In this document: piece after piece, positions 18,316-27,669 of the stretch | Numbering within the stretch: the stretch's first letter is position 1 | Layout: each line of letters opens with the position of its first letter | From: Candidatus Saccharimonadota bacterium | GTDB taxonomy: Bacteria; Patescibacteriota; Saccharimonadia; Saccharimonadales; UBA4665 | Assembly (NCBI GenBank): GCA_003153395.1 | Contig: PLYP01000005.1 | Coordinates: 21,701 to 85,700 of the forward strand | DNA length: 64,000 nucleotides | Direction: 5' to 3' | Program-made: the position numbers and the translations under genes | The notes under the pieces: model-generated | The model's input: the letters and a program-made list of their open reading frames with translations, nothing else | Databases searched by the model: none | What the model was told of the DNA's origin: nothing

Positions 18316-18744
18316 ATGCAGTTAGTACGATACAATCCGCTCCGTGATTTACAAAGGATGGAACGGGATCTAGATAAGTTTTGGGAGGATGACTGGGGTT
18401 TATTGCCTTCGCTCGCTGACTCGACGACTATGGATCTTTACGAAGAAGATGGCAAATTAGTAGCCGAGTTGAGTCTGCCGAACTTCACGAAGGATGAGGT
18501 AAAGGTAACCACCGATGAAGGGGTGCTGGAAGTTTCAGCCGAACACAGCGAGAAAGAAGAGGGCAAAGGCAAGCGACGGTATTACTTCCGAGAAAGCAGT
18601 AACCGATATTTGCGCCGTGTCAAATTGCCAGAAGGCGTGAGAATCGACAATACCGAGGCTGTATTCAAAGACGGGGTATTGAGGGTAGCGATGCCGACTA
18701 CTACCTCTCCCAAGATTAAAGCCAAAACTGTACCTATTAAGTAA
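18316..18744 (+). CDS. Hsp20/alpha-crystallin family small heat-shock protein
   Basis: Alpha-crystallin domain pattern: DLYEEDGKLVAELSLPNFTKDEVKV...VLEVSAEH...F.RRVKLPEGV...A.FKDGVLRVAMP. Confidence 0.92.
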   Translation: MQLVRYNPLRDLQRMERDLDKFWEDDWGLLPSLADSTTMDLYEEDGKLVAELSLPNFTKDEVKVTTDEGVLEVSAEHSEKEEGKGKRRYYFRESSNRYLRRVKLPEGVRIDNTEAVFKDGVLRVAMPTTTSPKIKAKTVPIK

Positions 18745-18747
18745 ACC

Positions 18748-19416
18748 GTGATGATCTACCGCAACCGCCAACAGGCAGGCAAAGAACTGGCTAAAGCGCT
18801 CATACGCTATAAGGGAGAAGCCGCCGTTGTACTGGCCTTGCCTCGCGGCGGAATAGTCTTAGGTGCAGAGGTTGCGAAAAGTCTTCGAGTACCACTGGGT
18901 CTCGTCTTAGTCCGCAAGATCGGACACCCATCGTATGCCGAATATGCAGTCGGTGCTATAGCTGAGGATGAAACACCGATTTACAATCAGTCTGAAATCG
19001 CTAATATCGACAAAACCTGGCTTAAGCATGCAGAGACAGCTGCCAGAGAACTTATTGTGCGGCGACGGGAACAGTACTATGGGAAAGACTTCGTAGCACC
19101 CAGTTTGTTAAACAAGACCGCGATCATTGTCGATGACGGTATTGCTACCGGACTAACTATGCAGGCTGCAGTGAAGGCTGTCAGAAACAAGCATTCCAAA
19201 CAAGTGATAGTGGCCGTACCAGTTGCCTCTCAGGAAAGTGTCGACGCGTTAAAAGATAGTGTTGATCAGCTCATAGTACTAGACAATCCTGAAAACTTTT
19301 TAGGCGCCGTCGGCGCTCACTACCAGGAATTTGATCAAGTTAACGATGAAGTAGTGGGAAGACTGCTTCGGGAGGTACATGATGACATGCTCCAAAACAC
19401 TGCCACGCATCGATAA
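18748..19416 (+). CDS. phosphoribosyltransferase-family protein (stand-alone type I PRT domain)
   Basis: PRPP-binding loop AIIVDDGIATGLTMQAA. It starts 3 nt after the Hsp20 stop, so it is probably co-transcribed. Confidence 0.8.
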   Translation: MMIYRNRQQAGKELAKALIRYKGEAAVVLALPRGGIVLGAEVAKSLRVPLGLVLVRKIGHPSYAEYAVGAIAEDETPIYNQSEIANIDKTWLKHAETAARELIVRRREQYYGKDFVAPSLLNKTAIIVDDGIATGLTMQAAVKAVRNKHSKQVIVAVPVASQESVDALKDSVDQLIVLDNPENFLGAVGAHYQEFDQVNDEVVGRLLREVHDDMLQNTATHR

Positions 19417-19501
19417 TATACTCTGGCTCAGGAAGTTAGCCAGCCATACCCTTTGTATCTATTAAATTCTGGTGACCATTGTGTATTAGTACCTGACTTT
19501 G

Positions 19502-20626
19502 CTAAAAATTCATTGACGGGCTTAATTGGTGGACAATTGCAGTTAGTCTGCTGATTTTGCAGTTTAGCCCGCTATCATTGAGACTTTTGACGCTCGATGG
19601 ACTGTATATAAGCCACCCGAACATCTCTGCTCTATCCTCTTCGATTGCATACGTGGCGTATTGTGAAATAAATCCAGGTTGAGGGTGAAATGCCCCATTG
19701 TAGCCTCCCCCGTATGCCGATGCCCCGCCGTTACCATAATTAAATCCAGCCGTATTGCATGACGACCATTGGCTATCGGCATAATTATATGAACCCTGCA
19801 TTCTGTAGTCTAGGTAGTGCCAATACTCATGGCTAACAACTTCCCTTGCATAGGCGCTGCCGGCATTTGTCATCATATTTACGTCATATAACATGCCTGT
19901 AATGCTAGGCGCTGGTGCGGCCGCCCGGGCACCTCCTGAGACTTTCAAGTTTGTTACTAGACCAATTGTTTTAAGCCCGGAATTCACAACTAGACTAGTG
20001 GGGTACTTACTAAATTCTTGCGTTAAATACGTGCTAAACTGTTGCAAATTATTAATATCACTGCTAGTTAGAGTGGACCATGTCGAATATGTATAAGCAT
20101 TATTGTTAGGAGTTAGCGTAGCCGTTACGCCATATGGCTGTAGGCGTTGATTAATCGTTGCCACTATTTCGCTGAGTGACTGTTGCGGTGCGGTAGACTG
20201 TGCAACAGGTTTTGGTGCTGCCGAAGGAGTTGTTGACGTTTTTGGTGCTATAGCGATAGATTGGGGCGTTGGTTTGCTGACAGACTGAGCAGTATGCTTT
20301 AATTTTGCTGTAGAAGCTCTCTTAGCAATTGGGGTACTAGTTGTTTGATGGTGCTGATTAAGATGAATATTGAAAGATGCAGCTAAGACACCTAGTAAAC
20401 AAACTAGTGCTACGAGAAGCGCTGTAATGCTTGTTAGCTTTTTAGGTAATCGCATTCCGACTAGCCGACTTCCGGATTTATTGTGCGGAATTACACGAAC
20501 ACCTGAATGATGTGTATACACGGGTTTATCTGGCGTGCCAGATATGTTAACAGCTCCGCAATGTGGGCATACGATAAAACCTGTCTTGTCAGATAGTAAT
20601 TGTTGATTGCATGAAAAGCATGTCAT
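19502..20626 (-). CDS. zinc-ribbon / single-TM / low-complexity linker / HExxH metallopeptidase-like protein
   Basis: N-terminal CxxC...CPHC ribbon (MTCFSCNQ...CPHCG). TM helix LTSITALLVALVCLLGVLAA. Ala/Pro/Thr/Ser linker. C-domain with HEYWH (HExxH) and a downstream EDRAEMFGW. Confidence 0.6.
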   Translation of the reverse strand: MTCFSCNQQLLSDKTGFIVCPHCGAVNISGTPDKPVYTHHSGVRVIPHNKSGSRLVGMRLPKKLTSITALLVALVCLLGVLAASFNIHLNQHHQTTSTPIAKRASTAKLKHTAQSVSKPTPQSIAIAPKTSTTPSAAPKPVAQSTAPQQSLSEIVATINQRLQPYGVTATLTPNNNAYTYSTWSTLTSSDINNLQQFSTYLTQEFSKYPTSLVVNSGLKTIGLVTNLKVSGGARAAAPAPSITGMLYDVNMMTNAGSAYAREVVSHEYWHYLDYRMQGSYNYADSQWSSCNTAGFNYGNGGASAYGGGYNGAFHPQPGFISQYATYAIEEDRAEMFGWLIYSPSSVKSLNDSGLNCKISRLTAIVHQLSPSMNF

Positions 20627-20719
20627 TTTGTTTTAGGCCATTTATTAACAATATAACACTTAAGGGTATAGTTACGCTAAGTATTCGATGACCACGTTCT
20701 GTTATACTTACGCCCTAGA

Positions 20720-22291
20720 ATGATGCAAGTAACTATTGTGAAGAGCTGGCTAAGTCAGGTTAGGCATCACACTAGGTTGTTATTCATACTACTGGGATCT
20801 GCTTTTATAAGTGTTTGGACTTTGCTTCGTTTCTTTAATAGCACTTCTACTTATGATTTAACAACGCAGCAAGTGCTCGCGCATTCTTGGCTTCACGGCT
20901 ACGCGGCACCTATTAGTCTTGGCCCCACCAACTATCTATTAAAGATTTTCCTGATATATATGCCAGCCGACTTATTGCCTGGGTCTCCGCGTCTAAAATT
21001 AATACTTCTGACAATCTTGATCAATGTTGCAACGTACATATTATTGTTCATTGTTTTACAGAAAATCCTAGCTGAATTCAAGATTGAAGTTAGCAGTGCT
21101 TTCTATAGTGCCATGCTATGGTTATCCATTGTTGCAGGTTCGGTTTTTTGGATAGAGTTCGCAAATTCCAGAAACTTAGAGGTGGCCGGAGGCATGTTTT
21201 TAGTTTTATATAGTTTACGCGTATTAAGAGAACCGACTAAACGGAATACTGTTGGCTTAACATTACTAGCAACATTACTATTTTTTGCTGACACCTTGCA
21301 GGTATATATGGTGGCGTTACCTATTTTGGTTTACGCTTTGCTGCTTGCACTCTTTAAAAAAACGTCATGGAAGCGGATTACAACTATATTTGTTATTTTT
21401 AGTTGTGGAGTTATAGCAGCCCTTATTTTAACTTTTATCGCTAGGCATGTCTTAGATATTACTATTAGTAAAGCCGGGGCGGGTACCGTTCCGCAGGATG
21501 TCTCACAAATATCCCGAGCTGCCCAAGCAGCCATCAGGTCTACAGTGCGCCAGTTAAGTGGTGGCATAGACGCTGGCAAACCAAGGGAAGTAGTAAATTT
21601 GCTATTTATAGTACTAGGAGTAATAAGTTTTACCCTAGGAATTCTGAGGCGCAAAGTTGCACTTCGTTTTGGTCTATTTGTAGTTATCTTTTTAATCGTT
21701 GATGAATTGGTTTACATTTTTAGCGGCACAGCCTTACAGAGTGATACATCTCGTTATCTTGTCATGCTCGCACCTGTTATAGTTCTGGCATTAGCATCGC
21801 TGAGCTATTTATTTGAGCAATCCATAGTACCCAAACTAGTCGTAATAGGATTCATACTATTCAATGCATTTTTACTCAGCCATGCATTGATTCAGTCGTG
21901 GGACACAAGCTTTCCTAAAGACAGACATTTAGGTAGTGTCATGCGTTATTTGAATAATCATAATTACGCCTATGCTTTCAGCAGCATGGATAGCGCTACG
22001 CCACTAGCTTATTATGGTGGCGTTAAACACACTTTACTGCTGCCAGTTGCTTGTGGTGGCGGTAAACTGGTCCACGCCTATGCATTTAGGGACACTCATA
22101 TCGCCGTCGATAGTAACCCGTCTAAACTAGTACCAGTGATTTTAGATGGCCAAGCAATAATTAATGCGCCTAGTGTATGCACAGAACAGCCAATCGTCAA
22201 TCAGTTAGGTAAACCGGCAACAACTGAAACAACGGACGACGGCAGTAGCGTGCTTCTTTTTAGTAGTACTAGACTTTTAGGTCTCAAGTAA
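20720..22291 (+). CDS. large polytopic membrane protein (possible GT-C-type glycosyltransferase)
   Basis: 523 aa with at least 10 TM helices and a soluble C-terminal domain. The architecture resembles ArnT/PMT-like enzymes, but no catalytic motif was verified. Confidence 0.4.
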   Translation: MMQVTIVKSWLSQVRHHTRLLFILLGSAFISVWTLLRFFNSTSTYDLTTQQVLAHSWLHGYAAPISLGPTNYLLKIFLIYMPADLLPGSPRLKLILLTILINVATYILLFIVLQKILAEFKIEVSSAFYSAMLWLSIVAGSVFWIEFANSRNLEVAGGMFLVLYSLRVLREPTKRNTVGLTLLATLLFFADTLQVYMVALPILVYALLLALFKKTSWKRITTIFVIFSCGVIAALILTFIARHVLDITISKAGAGTVPQDVSQISRAAQAAIRSTVRQLSGGIDAGKPREVVNLLFIVLGVISFTLGILRRKVALRFGLFVVIFLIVDELVYIFSGTALQSDTSRYLVMLAPVIVLALASLSYLFEQSIVPKLVVIGFILFNAFLLSHALIQSWDTSFPKDRHLGSVMRYLNNHNYAYAFSSMDSATPLAYYGGVKHTLLLPVACGGGKLVHAYAFRDTHIAVDSNPSKLVPVILDGQAIINAPSVCTEQPIVNQLGKPATTETTDDGSSVLLFSSTRLLGLK

Positions 22292-22390
22292 GTGTGCTCA
22301 GAAGCAAGACAGATCAAATATGATACTTTATATATGTTGTAAGATTTTCGTATTTTGCATATGCTTTATAACATTAATAATAATGACTAT

Positions 22391-22996
22391 CTAATGTTTT
22401 AAGCTTGAATTAACGCTTCTAGCAAAATGCTTAATAATAGCTACATAGCTACTAGGATATTCCCAAATATTGTCATGCGATCCCGGCATACTTACAAATG
22501 ACCAATTATATCTATGTAACTTGCTGATTGAATTTTTAATATCCGGCCAGGGGTCTTTTTTATTGACTATAAATACTACTGTGGCGTCAGAGTATTTTTT
22601 AATTTGTGGAATATTTTTAGCATCTCGCATTATCTTGATGTTTCGTTTTGGCTGAGTGATACCGTAAAAAGCAGCGTAGAAACCTATATTTATTACTTTT
22701 AATATATGCTTATTGCGTATAAATTCTTTGTAATTTTCTTTACCAGCAATTTTAAAAGTTTGCCACGGATTGTTTTGGGAAAGTGGCATACCGATAAATA
22801 ATATAAGACCGGCTGAAGTGGATTCTGGAATCATAAAACAACCAGCCGAATGCGCGATAATAATATTTGCACTATTCAAATTTTTTGACTCAATATATCC
22901 GGCTTTAGTCAGCATTTTTCTAAAGTGTCTACTATTACCCCGTCCTCCAAGAAACCCATAGCTGAAGCTATAGGTTAGAGGGGTAGCATGTTTCAT
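22391..22996 (-). CDS. YdeN/RBBP9-type serine hydrolase (alpha/beta fold)
   Basis: Size of about 200 aa, nucleophile elbow IIAHSAGC, C-terminal GSHDNIW histidine motif. Confidence 0.5.
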   Translation of the reverse strand: MKHATPLTYSFSYGFLGGRGNSRHFRKMLTKAGYIESKNLNSANIIIAHSAGCFMIPESTSAGLILFIGMPLSQNNPWQTFKIAGKENYKEFIRNKHILKVINIGFYAAFYGITQPKRNIKIMRDAKNIPQIKKYSDATVVFIVNKKDPWPDIKNSISKLHRYNWSFVSMPGSHDNIWEYPSSYVAIIKHFARSVNSSLKH

Positions 22997-23089
22997 AATT
23001 AAATATAATGAAGCATATTCTAACTGTCTGCAAATAATGAGACTCTGATTTCTGTTCTACTTTCAATCTTTGCTTAATCTGGTAATTAT

Positions 23090-24193
23090 TTGTTAAAATT
23101 AGCTGGTACCCCCGAAAACAAAAAAACAGTAATAAAGTCCTGCTCGGCTACTGAGCTGTCAAAAATGAAAATTCATTTAACTAAAAAGATATTATTATCT
23201 TATTTACACAATTTGCTTGTTGCCTTTTTTATATGTTTATCTTTAATTGTTTTAACTCTAATTGGACAGTCTACCTCAAAAGTAGCTAAGAGAAATGTTC
23301 ATGTAACAGTTAAACTAAGTCATTCAACTACTTCTAAAAAGAGTACTAAGCCCGTTAACGCGACTCCACCCACAGTAATAGCGAAATCGGTGCCCGCTCC
23401 AGTAAAAGCCGTTGCTCCTACACCCGTTCCAAGTAAGGTTATAACCCAAAAACCTGCTCCTGTAGTTGTGCCTTCGCCAGGCAGCAATGTTAGCAGTTTA
23501 ACCCCTTCGCCTTCTACGCCACCAGCTAATCCTAATAGCGGTCAGGGTAATTCAAATCCGGCACCGCAAACAAGTTATACATCAACTAATTGGTCAGGTT
23601 ATATGTCCAGTAATGCGGTATATACTGGAGTTTCGGCTTCATGGACTACGCCGCATGTTAGTGGAAACGGCTCTACTACTAGCGCTGATGCATCATGGAT
23701 AGGCATTGGCGGTGTTACAACAAATGATCTTATACAGGTGGGCACCGACAATATAGTTTCGGCTAGCGGGCAAGTATCTACTTCAGCCTTTTATGAATTA
23801 TTGCCTGATGCTTCAATTAATATCCCAAGCATGAGCGTTAGTCAGGGTGACTCTATGTCCGCAACACTGAATGAAATATCGTCAGGTCAATGGAATATAT
23901 ATATTATAGATAATACCTCTGGTCAGTCATTTACAGTTTCAGTACCATACGCATCAACTCATTCATCCGTTGAATGGATCGAGGAGGATCCCAGTTACTC
24001 CAGGTCTACACAAATACCGTTTGATACATATGGAAGTGTATTGTTTGCAAATGGATCCACTAAAGCAAATGGAAGTAATACCAATATTTCTACCAGTAAT
24101 ACTCAAGAAATAACTATGGTCAATGGTTCAGGTAATCCAATATCTACGCCATCAGCAATTAATGGTAGCAGCTTCTCTGTAACACAAAATTAA
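23090..24193 (+). CDS. membrane-anchored peptidase G1 (eqolisin / scytalidoglutamic peptidase family)
   Basis: STNWSGY, ASWIGIGG, LIQVGTD (catalytic Gln position), FYELLPD, VEWIEEDP (catalytic Glu position) and FDTYGSVLFANG align block-for-block with aspergilloglutamic peptidase. N-terminal TM helix plus a Pro/Ser/Thr/Val linker. The TTG at 23090 or the ATG at 23165 may be the real start. Confidence 0.8.
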   Translation: MLKLAGTPENKKTVIKSCSATELSKMKIHLTKKILLSYLHNLLVAFFICLSLIVLTLIGQSTSKVAKRNVHVTVKLSHSTTSKKSTKPVNATPPTVIAKSVPAPVKAVAPTPVPSKVITQKPAPVVVPSPGSNVSSLTPSPSTPPANPNSGQGNSNPAPQTSYTSTNWSGYMSSNAVYTGVSASWTTPHVSGNGSTTSADASWIGIGGVTTNDLIQVGTDNIVSASGQVSTSAFYELLPDASINIPSMSVSQGDSMSATLNEISSGQWNIYIIDNTSGQSFTVSVPYASTHSSVEWIEEDPSYSRSTQIPFDTYGSVLFANGSTKANGSNTNISTSNTQEITMVNGSGNPISTPSAINGSSFSVTQN

Positions 24194-24302
24194 ACTTTGA
24201 TTATATTATTTAGAAGGCTCACCTGCTTATTTCATAAAATCGGAAACTAGTTTAGCAACAATTGTAGAAGCTGTAGAGCTGCATCTCTCTCGTAAATTAT
24301 AG

Positions 24303-25346
24303 TTACCTATAATCGACTAATTCGCCTGGCCTGCTCTTCATCTTTGCCAGCGATTCTCTTATTATAATTCGGACATAACTCTCTGAAATTTCATGTCTTT
24401 CGGCGATTGTTTTTACTTTTTCGGGATCGCTATCCCCGATTCCAAAATAACTTACTACCACATCAATTTGCGTAGGGTTAAGCAATCTATGCATTAAATT
24501 CATAATTACCGAATAACGTTTTGCTTGTAAGTCTTCGTTCATTACCTGTTGTTCAACATTTACACGGGATGGATATACCGAGCCTAATGTATTGCCGCTA
24601 CCATCTGTGTCCCCTAGCGGCTTATCCAATGAAGCTAAGGCCTGACGCTTTGCCAATAATTCCTGCACTGTATCTTCAGTCATACCTGCGTAGTCTGCGA
24701 TTTCGGCAGTGCTGGGCTCTCTCCTCAGCTGTGCTTCTAATTCAGAGATTTTATTGTTTAATTTTCTAATCTTTTCTTCCGTGTATACGGAATTGCGCAT
24801 TGTTCGATCTTTATTAGCTAAACCCCTTTGAATAGCCTGTTTAATCCAAGGTGTTGCGTACGTAGAGAACTTAAATCCTTTTCTATAATCAAATTTTTCC
24901 GTTGCTCTAATTAAGCCTAAACACCCTTCTTGAGCCATATCCGTTAGGGTAAAACTTTGGCCATGGTAATTTTTAGCGATCGAAACGACTAATCTTAGAT
25001 TAGATTCAATCATTTTAAGCTTAGCGTCAAAGTCACCGGTCTCAATTCGTTTCGCTAAGTCAAGTTCTTCAGCGCCAGTTAATAACGGTATTTTTCCTAT
25101 ATTATTCAGAAATACCTGCATCCCTTCTACTGTCGCTGTATCTTCAGGAACTAGGCTTTGTGCTAACAGATTTGCTCTTTCAGCTTCTATTGGATCAACA
25201 TGACCGATGCCTGGGCCTCCAAATTGAAATCCCGGCGACTGAAGTTCGTGAAGTTCCACTGCTGCCGGATCTAAAGGAACATCAGGAATTAGTAGCACTT
25301 CTAGTGTATCTGTTTCGGGCTGAGTATGTCTTAAGCTATCTATCAT
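24303..25346 (-). CDS. rpoD: RNA polymerase sigma-70 family factor (primary-like)
   Basis: Region 2 NLRLVVSIAKNY...GLIRATEKFDYRKGFKFSTYATPWIKQAIQR, region 3, and region 4 helix-turn-helix (TIAERHEISESYVRIIIRESLAKM). Confidence 0.85.
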   Translation of the reverse strand: MIDSLRHTQPETDTLEVLLIPDVPLDPAAVELHELQSPGFQFGGPGIGHVDPIEAERANLLAQSLVPEDTATVEGMQVFLNNIGKIPLLTGAEELDLAKRIETGDFDAKLKMIESNLRLVVSIAKNYHGQSFTLTDMAQEGCLGLIRATEKFDYRKGFKFSTYATPWIKQAIQRGLANKDRTMRNSVYTEEKIRKLNNKISELEAQLRREPSTAEIADYAGMTEDTVQELLAKRQALASLDKPLGDTDGSGNTLGSVYPSRVNVEQQVMNEDLQAKRYSVIMNLMHRLLNPTQIDVVVSYFGIGDSDPEKVKTIAERHEISESYVRIIIRESLAKMKSRPGELVDYR

Positions 25347-25387
25347 AGGTATGTGAAATTATTTAAATATTATATAAGCTTTTATAT

Positions 25388-26566
25388 TTACTTTTCTATA
25401 AACGGAATATAACCGGCATCATATAAATCGTCAGTTAATCGACTTGTCACTTCGACTGATGGGTTGTTTTTAAATACGCAGGCAATGAAAAACGCCAGTC
25501 GATCAGTAGGAAGCTGCGTTAAATCAAATTCAGTCCAGTTTACTTCTCTCATTACTCCAGAAGTAAATATATGCCTACGAACTTCGTTCTCATAATTTTT
25601 AGCCGCTTTTCTTGATGGCTTTAGAATAGAAGTACTACTAATTGGCACGCCATCCACTACAGATCTAGCATTATGCAAAAGATCAACTATAAATTTATGA
25701 GCTCCGGAAATTATTGTATCTACAGTTGCTTCATCTAGCTTTGGATCCACGTCTTTGGTTATTTCACTACATTCTTCTTCGAATTCAACTACTTCATTCA
25801 GAAAATGATGCATATTTCTGCGCTTAGCACTAGATGCTATGGACTGCAATTTGGATAACTGAGATTCTAATTCTATTTTTAGTTCAGATGAAAAAGAACT
25901 AGTTGATTGAGGGTCGAATTTTTTAATAAAATCATTAAGTATTCTATGAATAACATTCGAGACATCTTGATCGGGTATATTAACATCCGGAGGAATTTTA
26001 TCTTTTACTTCTTCGAATAATCCAACAAATTCTTCTGCAATAGCTGCGGTTGCATCTATATCACCGGATTGAGCGCGTAAAATTTGCTTAATTTGCTGTT
26101 TAGACAATTCTTCTTTTTGATTGGTTGAGCCTGATACATAGAAATTAAGTTCTTGGCCTCTTAAAAGCTTTAAATATTTTGTCTCTAGTATCTTAAATGT
26201 ATTTTCTTCACCACCTTCTTCAATTTTATCAAACCCTTCATCTACAGAAGCTAATAATTTTGCAGGTTTTATACCTAGTTCTTCGGCAAGTTCTACCGTA
26301 TTAATATCAATACTTTCCGAAAGCAAAGTAAGTGTCAGCAGATGTGCAGTGTGTGTTTCCGGATTTGTTTTTCTTCCTGCTAATATTTTTAGATAGGTAC
26401 CGGGAGTTCCTGTTAAAGTTGCTGCAATAAAGGCAGCGTCGATTGCTTCATTTAACGGTAATTCGAAAGATTCACCGCAAACATTCACAGCAACAAGTCG
26501 TTCCGGATCCAAATCTAATTCTGGAACAGTATCGATCGAAGTCGGTGAGAATTCTTTACCTGGCAT
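25388..26566 (-). CDS. hypothetical protein (acidic, helical)
   Basis: 392-aa ORF immediately upstream of the sigma gene on the same strand. The only hint is a weak sigma region-2-like stretch (ILRAQSGDIDATAAIAEEF). Confidence 0.5.
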   Translation of the reverse strand: MPGKEFSPTSIDTVPELDLDPERLVAVNVCGESFELPLNEAIDAAFIAATLTGTPGTYLKILAGRKTNPETHTAHLLTLTLLSESIDINTVELAEELGIKPAKLLASVDEGFDKIEEGGEENTFKILETKYLKLLRGQELNFYVSGSTNQKEELSKQQIKQILRAQSGDIDATAAIAEEFVGLFEEVKDKIPPDVNIPDQDVSNVIHRILNDFIKKFDPQSTSSFSSELKIELESQLSKLQSIASSAKRRNMHHFLNEVVEFEEECSEITKDVDPKLDEATVDTIISGAHKFIVDLLHNARSVVDGVPISSTSILKPSRKAAKNYENEVRRHIFTSGVMREVNWTEFDLTQLPTDRLAFFIACVFKNNPSVEVTSRLTDDLYDAGYIPFIEK

Positions 26567-26608
26567 AATTAGTTATATTATATCATACTCATCTATTTTT
26601 ATCAAGTT

Positions 26609-26746
26609 TCAATTACGGTTTTTTTCTGCTTCTGGAGTAGTGGGATCAACTTCACCCCTACGCGTAATATCGACTTCTCCACCAAATATTTTTTTATAAA
26701 AATTTATTGCCTCTTCTGTATTAACTACCTGAAATAGTACATCAAT
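26609..26746 (-). pseudogene. remnant of a VOC/glyoxalase (PhnB-like) gene N-terminus
   Basis: Open frame without a start codon: IDVLFQVVNTEEAINFYKKIFGGEVDITRRGEVDPTTPEAEKNRN*. It is bounded upstream by an in-frame TAG. The EAIxFYKKxFG pattern is typical of the PhnB/VOC N-terminus. Confidence 0.4.
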
Positions 26747-26763
26747 CTACATAAATATTTTAA

Positions 26764-27570
26764 TTAACGTTTTAAATCTTTTGAGCGGATAGCGGGCCTA
26801 AATCCGGAATGCGGATTCTGGCTTGCAGGTCCTAGCTTTGCGCTGTTTAGATGGAGAGCTGCCCTCTTCGAGCTCCAATGTCCTACTAATACGCTTTTTG
26901 TTAAGGGGCTTTGATACTTTGGATCCACTGTACGTTCTTTAAGGTTAGTCCTAACTAGGCCAGACTTTGACGAATCAACTGGCTGTAAATTCATAGCTAA
27001 ATTTCGCGCTTGTAAAACAGCATAAGTTGCGAAACTAGGACTGGCTATTGCTACTAATACTTCAGTAGTTAATTCCTCTAATCCTTCGCTATTGCCAATT
27101 ATAAGTTTTCTAGCCTGTCTTATATACTCTTTTGCGTTCTTACCGGAGAAACCATCGTTGCCAACATTTCTAAAAACGGGTTCATTTCTGCCGCTAATGA
27201 CTGCTATATCCCAACCAGGAACTACGCCTGTTACAGTCGAAGCCTCGTTGGCTCTAGTAAATGATTGTGTTGGATCGGTGTTTCGCGCCCAGTATCTATC
27301 GACTTTACCTGAAATCCCACTTGCTGTTGATCCATCCGGCAGTGTTCTACCGCCAATTAGATAATCACCGTCTTCTAGTGAAAGATCCTCAGGAACAAAT
27401 GTTACTACTGGTGACCAATCCTTTTTCTGCATCCTTTCATACGTTGGTTTTAGTAGCGCAATAGCACCGGCAAATAGACCAAATTCAGGTAAATCTCTTT
27501 GAAGTCTGCCTTCTTGCTGCAGTGACTGCATTACCTCATATTCTCGACTAGCGGTTTTCTCTATTTTCAA
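26764..27570 (-). CDS. hypothetical protein
   Basis: 268-aa ORF with coding-like composition. No motif recognised. Confidence 0.5.
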   Translation of the reverse strand: MKIEKTASREYEVMQSLQQEGRLQRDLPEFGLFAGAIALLKPTYERMQKKDWSPVVTFVPEDLSLEDGDYLIGGRTLPDGSTASGISGKVDRYWARNTDPTQSFTRANEASTVTGVVPGWDIAVISGRNEPVFRNVGNDGFSGKNAKEYIRQARKLIIGNSEGLEELTTEVLVAIASPSFATYAVLQARNLAMNLQPVDSSKSGLVRTNLKERTVDPKYQSPLTKSVLVGHWSSKRAALHLNSAKLGPASQNPHSGFRPAIRSKDLKR

Positions 27571-27669
27571 TTTACAGCTCCGTTATAAATCTCTGAAATA
27601 TACGTTATATATTTTAGCATATATTAATACTTTTTGCAACTTGTCTTTATGGCTTCTAGGAACAAACAA

